Source of the DNA: Gnetum montanum
Taxonomy: Eukaryota; Plantae; Gnetophyta
Length of the DNA stretch: 64,000 nt
Assembly (NCBI GenBank): GCA_015680685.1
Contig: MNCI01002704.1
Coordinates: 50,701-114,700, forward strand
Direction: 5' to 3'
In this document: positions 1 to 11,256 of the stretch, piece after piece
Layout: the number at the start of each line of letters is the position of its first letter
How positions within the stretch are numbered: the stretch's first letter is position 1
Notes under the pieces: model-generated
The model's database searches: none
Seen by the model: the letters and a program-made list of their open reading frames with translations, nothing else
Told to the model about the DNA's origin: nothing
Made by a program: the position numbers and the translations under genes

Positions 1-530
1 TTGGATAAACCTTATAGTGCATGGAATAGGCTAAATAGGATTTTACTTATTGTTATTTATTGTTTATCGTATAAATGCTTTACTAGTAAATTAAATCTCT
101 CTCAACCCTTCTACCGTAGTTAAGTGCATTCAGTATGACCGCTTTGAGCACGTGCATTATGCTTGGTGATCCCAGTAACGAATAGCGTTTGGTAACCATA
201 GTGTTTGGTAACCAAGGTTGCATTGGTTTAGGGTGTGAACAGTAAGTGGGAACGGATACTAATGCTAGGTTAATTAAGGCTTAGTTAGTTAGTTAAAGTT
301 AGTTAATTAGTCTCTTCACCCTTCACCTCATTAGCATAGGAGATAAAACCGAAAAGACATAAAAATCACATACCTCAGACTTACTTAACCATACAAACAT
401 GACAAATACAAGTAAGTCTATGAAGTGTTCCATAATTTGTGTAGGCACTTAATCTGTGAAGTTCGATCAGATCGTGCATGTAACACTCGTATTCGTATGG
501 TTGAGTGTAGGGGTACCTTGCCACTCATCA
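1..530 (+). mobile_element. 3' part of an LTR of the Athila-type gag-PR family (3' LTR or solo LTR, cut by window start)
   Basis: Aligns with the LTR at 11288-12265 (ggataaacctt..., tggtgatccc..., aagtgggaa). Ends in the family terminus tatggttgagtgtaggggtacc..gccactcatca. Not followed by the PBS. Confidence 0.85.
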
Positions 531-3500
531 AAGGACAAAAAGGAAAAGGTCTTAAGGAATAAAAGTTAATGGTAACATAATATATCATTAGACTATTCTA
601 TAAGAAAACCTTGCAAAATTCTAGAAATTACTTGTAATGCTATGAATTTGATCTACTTGAAAAATTAACTTTTCTATGATCTTGTTTAATAATAGTATCA
701 TTGAAGTGGCACTTTTACAATTTTAAGCTTTGAAATAAATAAAAATGTCTCAGTAAAAAAAAATTAATTTATAAGACATTTTCCCAAAATCATTACAAAC
801 ACAACATTGCTCTTGTAGTTCTCTACTAGTATTAACATGAATCGAAACATTTAAAAAATCTACTATTACTTTATTTTAAGAAATATAAACATCAGTTGAA
901 ACAAATTTTCTAACACACCAAAATGTGCTTAATCTTAAATTTGTGTTTCAACATGTTTATCGTGATTTTAATGTAACACAATTATCAAGAAATGCTTTTT
1001 TGTTTTAAAAATAAAATTTGTAGTGAATGAGGCAATTATTTCCTTTGGATAAGCACTACAGGAAAAGTGCCAAAAGTAAAAAGCGTTTAGACAAAATGAC
1101 ACAACCAACTATGAGAATGAGTAGGCTATTTTTCATAGCTACATGTCATTTATATTAAGATAGAAAACTGCTTAAAATTTAGAGATTTTGCTCTCTTATC
1201 ACCTACTAAATTTGTCATGTGTTTTTCTTTTCCTCTCTTCATTTCTTGTATTATAATTTGAAAACAAACCTTCTCTGCACCAAAATTAACAAAGTTACCT
1301 GTCACATGTAACAAGTCATAACCTGCAAGCTGAACAATGTCTTAGAATAGTCAGTAGGAGAAAGATAATATGGGAAAATTGCGATTGGCATGATGGTCAC
1401 AATCTAGATTAGAGAAGCATAAATAATAGTGCAAAGGTGGTCTCAATATGAAATAAAAGGACAAAGATAGTGCAACCCAACTGCTACTCCATACAAATTT
1501 TATGTGATAGAACCTTATCGTTGGATCTAGATTCAAGCCACTCTGCAAGTATGAAGAGGAAGACAAGGGATCCTACTTCTTGGTAATTGTGCATGCCCAT
1601 GCTACCTGCCCTGCAGCTAGAAAGAGTTGTCCTTCAAATTTACATAAGAAAAATAGAAACAAAAAATGCTCACAATATTTTGTGATGGGTGGTGCCTATG
1701 ATTAGCATAGAGTCATTGATGTCTAGATGCAAACTTTGAGTGCCACAAAGCTTCTAATCATAATTGGTGAAAGTCTTACAACTATGGGCCCTAGAGCCAT
1801 CCACTTGAGCAACATGAACTAGAAATTGCCAAAGCTCACTACTAATAGCACCCTAGCACTATTGTGTATGGACTCAATCATTTGTGATCGATTTTTAGCT
1901 GCCCACGCACCTTAATGAAACATAACCCACAAAAAACAGGCCATCAATAAGGGAATTTAGAGACAAATCCATTGAAAGCCCAAAATTTAAACTCAATAAA
2001 AAACTGAGCAGAATTTGGCAACAAAGAAAATTACGTAAGTAATGGTGTCGCTTAGCAAAGTTCAACATAATGAGGCAATGGCACCGTTGAGGAGAGATGG
2101 GCGAACGAAGGATGAAGATGGCAAATAGCGAATGGTGTCCAAATTTTGGAGTCTTTTATGCAATATGATTTGTAATGTGCGTATGCACATATGGCTTAGC
2201 CTATGATGCCCATGCCATGATATTCAATTGGGAACACATCATGCTTTGGGATGAGCCATGCATGTACCTAATGGCAACAATTATAACTTTTGCCAGCAAA
2301 GTGTGGTCGGTCTTCCAACATAGACAGATCTTTATCAGTTTCCTCCCTTTCAATCTTTCGAACAGAGTACGGCTGGTCTTCTGACAAATCTTTATGAATT
2401 CTCAGCCTTCAATCTTTCCGGCTTTCCTGGAATGCTCGCAGCTAAATTTATAGCTGTATACACCCCACAAGCGCATTGCGGTAGAGAATCTGTGCAAAAC
2501 TTGAGACAGCGTATGCAAGAATTGCTAATCCATCGCCAAGAATTACATTATTTCTGTCTCCCGTTACGACAACCAAAGTGGAGCTGCGCCCCCACACTCC
2601 CTTCGTTCCACTGCTGCAGCAGCCAAACATGTATCACGCGGTACCAACTTTTCTGGCATTTAAACCCATCAAGATAAAGCAAACCTTTTTCCGCGAAAAT
2701 TTCCTCCAAGGTGACCCAGCGAGCTGTTTTTCCATCACATTCATCGCAGTTTACAGCGCAAGAGAAGGTGGTTCTTCGGCGCAATTTACAGCTTGGCAGA
2801 CTTTGTCGGTACAGGTTAAAAGCTTTTAGTAAAATCAATTTAGTCTTATATTTAGCATTGTTTAGATAGATGCTGGCAAGAGTCGCAGTGATTTGTACTT
2901 TACCCTGATCAAGAAACTCATTTTCAATTCAAAGTTGTACCCATCAGACATGCAATGTTTCTGAGATACGTAACAAGAGATTGAAAGGCACCCTCTACGT
3001 TCGTTAATATTTTTTAACACTATTTCTTCTCTGAGATCAGATGGCTGTATTCGTGCATAGGACGCCAAGGGTGTCCAACTTGGGCTTTAAACCGAGCGTT
3101 GGTTGCTTAGAGAGAGCGTGGGTTACACACGTACTGAGCGCTCGTCATTGGTATGGTTATATCGTTGAGAATTACATAGGTTTGTTTAGAGAGCTAGGTT
3201 GAAATATAATACTCAATCCTCTTTTATTTATGCTTAGTGAATATATGATTTCTTAAACATTTAATGGGATACAATTTAATAGTAAGATTTCTATATTACA
3301 TTTTACTAATCATAAGGTTTAATTGTAATTGGTTATATGCAGATATTGAACAATCACTGCACTTAGATTACTCTAAGAAAGAGTCATCCAATGTTGATAG
3401 ATTAATAACATGGTAGTTGAATCTGTATCCTTGTTAATTGGATGAAAAAGTGTTAGCTAATAATAAAGCGTTAGCCCAATATTAATACTTTTGATTCCAA

Positions 3501-3738
3501 AACTTTAAATTACAAGTTTGATTTAAATCAAGATTAGTCCCAATGATGCATGTAGTAAAAAAAATAAAAGAAAAAGGTTCCAAATATCTAAACTCAATTT
3601 ATGATTGGTTTATTAAACAAACATGAAAGACCATTACATGCAGCAGATCCTTACATAATTTTAACATTCGCGGAAGAGCCTTGGATCAAGCTTTTGAGTT
3701 TCTCATAAAGCATTTCAAAATTATCAATTGGTTTCATC

Positions 3739-4054
3739 CTATGCACCCGAGATTTGCAAATTCCATAAAATTTTTAGGAACCTTACATTTTGGAAGCCAG
3801 AATGCGAACAGAAGCCTAAGATTCTCTCCCAAAACATTTAATCTAATTTAAATTAAAAATAATATTTAATAGTAGCAAAATGTGAAAAAAATTAAAAATA
3901 TTTGATTTAAATATTTTATTATTTTGTAATTCACATCCCCACCTGCAATCCCGTCCCCAGTCTTTGGGTATACTTGCCTACCAAAACATGAATTGAATTG
4001 AATCGTGAATCCTAGATTCCTCACTTTCAAGAATCAAATTCATTTGATGCATAG
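3739..4054. mobile_element. 316-bp non-autonomous hAT element (MITE) in the last exon
   Basis: 8-bp TSD GTTTCATC at 3731-3738 and 4055-4062. Termini CTATGCA...TGCATAG. Removing it restores VRLSLMK|PIDNFEML. Confidence 0.9.
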
Positions 4055-5300
4055 GTTTCATCAAACTGAGCCTCACTTAATTGAGATTTCCCTCCAAGGC
4101 CGGACCATCTATGGCTTGGCTTCCAGCGTCCAAAAACACTTTTTGTGCGGTCTTCATCTTAGTTCCATGTCACCCAGGCAAAAGCTACACGTAAAACCCA
4201 TCTCCTTGTTTCATTATACAATCACACAGCCATGTATCATATAATATTCACAAATTTAGATTAACATGATCCATGAACTTACCTTTAGCCAGTTGCATGA
4301 CTTTCTTGAAAAAGTTGCAGTAGTTGGAAGTCGTGTTTTGCAAGGTAAAACGATCAGTCTTACTGAAAAGATCTGCAATCTTGGTGCAGCGCCTTCGCAG
4401 TTCGTTGTACCGGAAATCAAACATCTTTTGGTCTCTTATGTTACTCTGGTAACCCTTGACGATAGTCCTCAGCAGTGCGGTGGCTCTAAAGTCTAAACAG
4501 AGCATCGTGTAATTCCATGCCTATATCCGCGTGCACGTACGCTTTCATTCCGTTGTACAGAGCCTCGTCTTTCACAAGTGCCCATCTGCATTATTTAAGC
4601 GATAAGTAACATATTCTGATAATGGAACAACATGAAATCTAAATGCATTCATAAATAACGGTGGCGTTTCAAAGGTATCGAATAAATCTGATACCGGAAT
4701 GACCAGTGAGCTTGGAAAGAGAGAGACGTCGTCATCGGCAGCTTCGGTGATGGGAGTGTAGTGTGGCCACCAAGCAACTCTGTCCGACACAACCTTCACA
4801 TCACCCTTTAAAATTGATTTCTGGGGGTATCCATCTGGGTTAGTGGGAATCGTTATAATTTCCACAAACTTTTTGCCTTCCGTTTGGTCGACGTATTTCT
4901 TCGAATCTCCTCCACACCTGAACCTCATGGAATCGAACATCTGTGACTGAGTCCGAAAATCCGGCATGCATGCAGCAACTAAAAACCCGTTAGATTATGA
5001 TTATGGGTTATCTATTAATTAACATTATTGTAATGGCGGCCCATATACAGATGAATACAAGCAAAAGTTTGGCAACGCACGAAGTAGTATGTCGCAGAGG
5101 CAACGACAAGGGACTGATTTTTCATATATTCGTCGGAACTAGAATAATCAGAATAAGAAAGGCTATAAACAGCTGCGTTGATAAGATTTGATGCCCCCGC
5201 ACCCACAACAATATACTTGTTCTTCGCCACCGCATTGCCTACTAACTTTTAACTCATGAAGGCTTTTTATCCAATAATCTAATCCAATCTAACTCTGGAG

Positions 5301-7949
5301 CTATGCATCAAAAGAATCCGATTCGTGGAAGCGAGGATTCGTGATTCTGAACGTGTTNNNNNNNNNNNNNNNNNNNNNNNNNNNNNNNNNNNNNNNNNNN
5401 NNNNNNNNNNNNNNNNNNNNNNNNNNNNNNNNNNNNNNNNNNNNNNNNNNNNNNNNNNNNNNNNNNNNNNNNNNNNNNNNNNNNNNNNNNNNNNNNNNNN
5501 NNNNNNNNNNNNNNNNNNNNNNNNNNNNNNNNNNNNNNNNNNNNNNNNNNNNNNNNNNNNNNNNNNNNNNNNNNNNNNNNNNNNNNNNNNNNNNNNNNNN
5601 NNNNNNNNNNNNNNNNNNNNNNNNNNNNNNNNTAAAATAACTTTCTCTATCATCAACTATTGGAACATCATCATCTTCTAGATTAACATCCCAACAAAGA
5701 ATAGGTGATTGCCTATATTTTATTTCCTTTCTTTTTTCCAATCTAATCATGCTATGAAAAGATACTAATTTTTCAACTCTTTTTGGAGTTAGACTATTTC
5801 TTTTGATCCGATAAATGAGAAAATATGTTGACCAATTTCTTTCAGAAAAAGATGCAACCTACATAAATGATAAAAATAAGAATAAATTTTTGCATTGTTA
5901 AAAAATTCATTTTATAAATTATTCAAAACTTCATCAATAAACAAACTCATTTGAAACTTAAGACCTAATAGCCTATTAATTATGGTGTTTAAAAAATGCA
6001 TGATATATAAAACATCACTATTTCAAGTTTTCAAACATCACATTTCATAAATTAATTAAGAAAATTAATACGTGTTAATATTTGTTATATGTCTAATAAA
6101 AAAACTCATTTGACAAAGAAACTTCAATGCTAAAGTTTGAAATCTAAGAGTATCTGCTACTATCTCCACCATGCAAACTCCACCATCCAACTAGATCTTT
6201 TTGAGCTATTCTATCCATATCAAGTATAGCATCTTCACATTTAAATGCTTTTATATGTCCTTTAGTAAATTGAAGCCTATTCTTAGATCAAAATCAAAAA
6301 ATCGTCACAAGGCCTTGTTGGATTTAATGCATATTCAACCATATTCTTAATATTTAATACATATGCAGCCATATGCAATGGGGTATTTATAGCTTTCAAT
6401 TTTTTAGAATCAATGGAAGTAACTGAGCATTATAAAAATCAAGAGAGCTATCAATTTCTATACCATATTTTCATAAATTACATAAATTTCTTATCTTTAT
6501 CAACATAAAAGATGAAATCAACAATAGGTTGTGATATTAGAAAAAATATGGCTACATTTTCATAAAAAACTAATACCAAGCATATAAGCCAATAAAGTTT
6601 ATCAGATTTTTACACCAGGAATCCCTTCTCACAGAGCTCTATCTGCTTTTGCGCTGTTAATAATGCTCTCGGCAAGTTCACTACATGTTTTGGACTTATG
6701 AGCTTGCTTTATAAAGTTGGTATAGCAGGAGATTCAAAGGCAGGTCTTTGGAGTTTTCGAATTTGTTGTTGTGGGTCGAGTTCATGCCTCTTGCATGTTT
6801 GACTGTAGATGTTGACTAAGGCTTCCTAAAAAGATTTGGGAAGGATATGGTGCTGAAATTTTGTTTGAACTTTGAACAAATGTATGCTTCGAACTATTCT
6901 ATTTGCACTTGCCGAGGGAGAGAAGCCTGAAAGCAGTTTTGTAACCAACTGATTCCCTTCCCTCACAGGTTGTGCATTTATGACTGGCCGAAATCATGGC
7001 CGTTACCTGAAACCAGAGACGCAACATAAGATGGCCATGGCTCATGAATAAAAATACGAAACCAATCCACTAAATAAAAATCCTTTCTCTAAAATCGTCT
7101 GAATAAACTAAAACAAAAAGTAAAGATCAGGTAAATCTAAGCAAAATAGGCAACTCAATTGATACGAAAATCCCCTAAAATCCACTACTAAAGATAAGAC
7201 AGGAACGTGTTCTCACCCAAACTGGAAGAGCAAGACCGAAGGGGAAAAAAAGCGGATTTCGTGCTCACGAATCAGGATAGAGATGGAGAGAAATCTTTAC
7301 AGCAAAAGAAGCAGAAAATAACAAGTGAGAACCAAGAGCGAACGTTTAGCAGAAAAATTGTGCACTAAGATTACAAAGGTAAAGCATGTAGCGCTCGCAT
7401 TTAAAAAACGGAAGAAATAGCATCTAGATTTTTTAAGAACAAAAACTAGAATTAAGGATTGAAGAGANATTCTCTAAGCATCAACAGATAAATCCGATAA
7501 GGCAAGTCTCCTACCCAGTCACCCAAATCAAACTGGGCAGACGAGACCCCTGCATCAAAAAAAATGTTCATCGTCTTCTTCGTCATTGCCTGCAAATGAA
7601 AAACTGAAAATGAAGCAAAAAATTTTTAAGCTGAAAGAGAAACAAAGCGTTTGGAGAGTGCGGAAGCATCCAAATCCCTATCAATGGCGGAATAGAAGGA
7701 GCGTCTGTAAATAAAAGGTATTGGACGCGGATGCAATTTGCAGGAAACAGGTAAGATTTGACGCGATTTGCAGTAAAAATAGGTAAAATTTTAATCGACA
7801 ATGAATGTTCTGTTGAGAGTTGAAAAATCGAACGAAAAATTATAATTTACGTACCCAATGCGGATTTTACACGCTTCTGTACGCGTGCCCGAATCCACCG
7901 CGAACGGTTCGTGAGATTTTCTTGGGAATCGCGAATCTCCGGCGCATAG
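5301..7949 (-). mobile_element. ~2.6-kb internally deleted hAT DNA transposon in exon 2 (same family as 3739-4054)
   Basis: 8-bp TSD CTCTGGAG at 5293-5300 and 7950-7957. Termini ctatgcatcaaaagaatc / gaatctccggcgcatag match the two ends of the 316-bp element. Contains transposase remnants and an N gap. Confidence 0.9.
6105..6560 (-). pseudogene. hAT transposase remnant (C-terminal catalytic and dimerisation regions)
   Basis: Fragments ISQPIVDFIFYVDKDK, NTPLHMAAYVLN and DLVGWWSLHGG..FQTLALKFLCQ resemble plant hAT motifs (PLHxAAYxLNP; WW..HG..LQ.LA.R.L.Q). Deletions and frameshifts lie between them. Confidence 0.75.
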
Positions 7950-8194
7950 CTCTGGAGTAGTCTGAGCACTGATATGATAGCTCATCCGGTACCACGATGG
8001 AACAACAAAGGAGCTGGGCTCTGCATTTGTAATCGAAAATGGCTCTATGAAACCCGGCTCAAAACTGTGATTCAAAAATTTCTAACGGAAAACCAAACAT
8101 TCATTAAAGATTAAACGCTTAGTCACTACTTAAAGAAAGCCTGACTAACAATAACAACATTTTGTAAACAAAGGAGCAAAGACGAAGCTGAAAC

Positions 8195-8493
8195 CTGCGA
8201 ACATTTACAAGGCAGTTGGGCTTCTTGACTGCACAAGTATCTGACTCAAAACAGGAATTGCATTCACAAACTGGATATGACTGGTTTGGCCGTGACAAAG
8301 TATCGGTGAAGATGAAGCCATGGCCAGAACAGTGGTGAGAAGTTGTCTGTTCGGCTGCTATTGCTGCTGATTTGGTCCATCCAAGCTGCGCTCTTGCAAC
8401 CCCATCATCAAGAAGGACACAAGCCAAGAGCGCAGTAGAAAGAGTCAAGCAGATACTTGAGAGAAAACCACAATAAGCAAGCAAATTCTCCAT
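8195..8493 (-). pseudogene. Exon 1 of the alliinase-like pseudogene (signal peptide + EGF-like domain)
   Basis: MENLLAYCGFLSS...WTKSAAIAAEQTTSHHCSGHG...CECNSC...CLVNVR, followed by a GT donor at 8194. The longer track ORF (to 8622) runs into the adjacent LTR. Confidence 0.85.
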
Positions 8494-8529
8494 TGCAAAA
8501 GATATGCAGGGATGTGTGATTCTTGCTTG

Positions 8530-11230
8530 TGTTGATGCCAACATCGGCAATGCTAGGCATGGGGCCATAATCAACAAGTCTAATGCCCTGGCACCAAGCA
8601 TAGAGAAAGTTAATCTGTACAAGCATGTCTTGGGGCCCTATTCATAATAGTGACCTTGTGGTGGTGGTTATGTTGCCATGCCATGATGGCATAGACATAA
8701 CGGCCCTTGTGGTGTAGAACGTGAGTTATGTAACTACAGCAAAGGTGACGTAACCAATGATGGTGGTGCTAAGAGTTACATGCGTTGCAAGAGTTACATT
8801 GGTGGTAACTAATGGTGGTGGAGAATGTGGTGGAAATTATGTCTAGGTGGTGCCAGGAGTTACATGCAGTGGTGGAGAATGTGTTGGAAATTATGTCTAG
8901 GTGGTGCCAGGAGTTACATGCAGTGGTGGTGTAATTGATGATGTGGTGGTTCTAGGCATTATGGAAGTTGAGTAATAGCTCAAGTGGTGGATGTAACTTA
9001 ATAAGGATGTGGGCATTTAAACACCTAGACGAGCAACTATAAAAGCAAAGGTAAATGGGACATTGTGAAGCATCCAAGAGGGTGTCTCCTTTCTCTCTCA
9101 CATTCAAGGCCAACCTCTCTCTTATTAGGGTCAGCCTCTCTCACACATTAGGGGCTAGCCTCTCTCTCATCGAGGTCTAGCTTCTTCTCTCTTCGATGGT
9201 GTGTGTGGCAGACAGAACAACATGCATGCTAGGAAACAGAGGCTGCAAATAATGTGTCTACAGCACATAGAGTAAATAGTAGCAGCATCTCTCTCTCTCC
9301 CTCCCTCTCTTGATAGTAGCAAGGTTGCATTAGAGGATAAGGGATTAGTAAGTAGCCTCTCTCTCTCTATAGATCCAAACCAGTGACTATAGTAGGGTTG
9401 TCTTTTCTTTCTCTCTTCAGCAACGGTGAAGCTGCAACAAGCAGCCTCCTTGGGTTTTTTAGTTACATACTGTATTTTCATAAAGTCTTAAAGTTCAAGA
9501 TAGTTATCCAATTTAAATTCTTCCATGTTTTTTGGTTTTCTTTACTTTTTAAATGTCACATTGCCCTTTCCAGTTGAGACTATTTTTGGGTTTTGTACCC
9601 ATATCGGAGACACCCTAGGCAATAGTCTCCTTAGATGAGTTTTTTTTTCCACATGTTGATGCATTCAAAATTTATGCATCAACACCTTTTTGGCACTACG
9701 AGGGCCATTTTTTCACCCTTTATTTTTCCATTTTTGGAAATATTAGTTTTTCTTGTAATTTTCCTTATTCTTAATCCTATTTTGTTTTTATTTCAAAATT
9801 GTTATTTCTCCTAAATTTTATTTTCTTTTACTACATATTGAAAACACTTTTTTGCAAACTCTTTATTTTCTACCTTTTTTTTTTGAAAAATTGGTGCTTC
9901 TTATTTTCTAAATATTATCATTGTTGTTACCAAAATCCTAAACCTTCTTTTCCCAGTTTTGATTTTGGCTACTTACTTGTGTCCTAACTTTATCCTCTAT
10001 CTTCTACATCTCCTTTTAAGATCTATATGGTTGTATTGTTCCTTGCACTTGAATGAAATTTCTAGTTTGGGGGCTAAGTGTTGATGCCAACATTACCCAT
10101 GCTAACCATAGGACCATGATTAACAAGTCTAGTGCCTTGGCACCAAGCACAGAGAAAGTTAATTTGTATAAACACATCTTGGGACCTGATTCATACTAGT
10201 AAGCTTGTGGCAGTAGTTACATTACCATGCCATGATGGCATGGACGTAACAGCCCTGATGGTGTAAACATGGATTATGCAATAGTTGCAAAGGTGGCATA
10301 ACCGATGGTGGTGGTGCTGGGAGTTATGTGCATTATAGGAGTTATGTTGGTAGTAATAGACAAATGCTGGAGAACATGGAGAACATGGTGAGACTTATGT
10401 CTAGGTGGTGACATAACTAATGACATGGTAGTGCCTGGCATTACGGAAGTTACATAATGACCTAGGTGGTGGACGTAACCAATGTGGGACATGGGCATTT
10501 AAACATCCAGATGAAAGCTATAAAAATAGAGGTAAGTGAGACATTGTGGATCAACTAGGGATTTCCTTCTTTCTCTCTCACATTAGGGGCTAGCCTCTCT
10601 CTCACATTGGGGGCCAACCTCTCTTTCAGTGGGGTCCAACCTCTCCTCTCTTTGGTGGCGCATGTGGTAGATAGAACGTCGTGCATGCCAAGAAATAGAG
10701 GCTACAAACAATGTTTCTATAGCATGCAAAGTAGATAGCAGTGGCATCTCTCCTTCACTCCCTTTCTCAGCGATAGCAAGGTAGCATCAGAGGACAAGGG
10801 ATTAGTAGGTAGCCTCTCTCTCTTTGTAGATCCATCAACAACAAGTTGTGTGGTAGGCTATAGTGAGGCATGTGATAGTGAAACACTGGATAGATCTCTC
10901 TCTCTCCCTCTCTTGGTGGCTATGAGCAGTGTTGGCTATAACATCATCCACAATGACAAGACAACATGGACTAATGGTAAGAAGCAGGGAAAAATTTAAA
11001 TTTTCTAGTTATCTACTATATTTTCATGAGGTCTTGAAGTTCAAGATAGTTATCCAATTTAAATTCCCTCATTTTTTTTGGTTTGCTTTACTTTTTAAAT
11101 TTCACATTGCCCTCTCCATTTGAGACTATTTTCGGGTTTCTGTACCCATACGGAAGGCAAACTAAGCAATAGTATCTTCAAATGATTTTTTTTTCTAGGT
11201 GTTGATGCATCAAAAATTTATGCATCAATA
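8530..11230 (+). mobile_element. Non-coding LTR retroelement (TRIM/LARD-like): LTRs 8530-9684 and 10079-11230, 394-bp internal region
   Basis: Two ~1.15-kb direct repeats starting TGTTGATGCCAACAT and ending TTTATGCATCAACA/ATA. PBS-like tggcactacgaggg (9691) and PPT-like tttgggggctaag before LTR2. TSD GCTTG/TCTTG (4 of 5 match). No ORF inside. Confidence 0.85.
8817..8927 (+). repeat. 54-bp tandem duplication inside LTR1
   Basis: Two copies of ggtggagaatgtg(g/t)tggaaattatgtctaggtggtgccaggagttacatgcagt. Confidence 0.85.
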
Positions 11231-11248
11231 TCTTGTAGATAGAGTTCA

Positions 11249-11256
11249 TATTTATA
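11249..11256 (-). promoter_or_regulatory. Putative original TATA box of the alliinase-like gene
   Basis: TATAAATA on the minus strand in the 57-bp host remnant between two LTR elements. After removing 8530-11230 and one TSD it lies about 49 nt upstream of the ATG at 8493. Confidence 0.55.

Larger units (their letters stand above)
3651..8493 (-). pseudogene. Alliinase / tryptophan-aminotransferase-related (TAR3/TAR4-like, EGF-domain) PLP enzyme pseudogene. Approximate exons: 8493-8195, 8064-7950 + 5292-5081, 4961-4684, 4585-4283, 4184-3651
   Basis: Signal peptide plus alliinase EGF motif CSGHG..CECNSCFESDTC..C. Then EPFS..VVPSWYRMSY, LHELVGNAVAKNKYIVVGAGASNLINAAVYSLS, TIPTNPDG, WPHYTPI, SKLTGHSGIRF (PLP lysine codon 4711-4713), WALVKD, YCNFFKK, AFAWV, VRLSLMKPIDNFEML. 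GT-AG introns at family-typical positions. Disabled by two hAT insertions, several frameshifts, TAA stops in exon 5, an apparent CAG>CCG acceptor (4962-4964) and no clear exon-3 donor. Confidence 0.92.

Noticed and set aside
3053-3060. GTGCATAG matching the hAT terminus
   Set aside because: No partner terminus or 8-bp TSD found nearby.
3651-8493. Calling the gene a functional TAA1/TAR or alliinase with a gene symbol
   Set aside because: It has multiple disabling lesions, and orthology cannot be assigned without a phylogeny.
8494-8622. N-terminal extension of ORF 8119-8622
   Set aside because: Derived from 5' UTR and LTR sequence. The signal peptide starts at the ATG at 8493.
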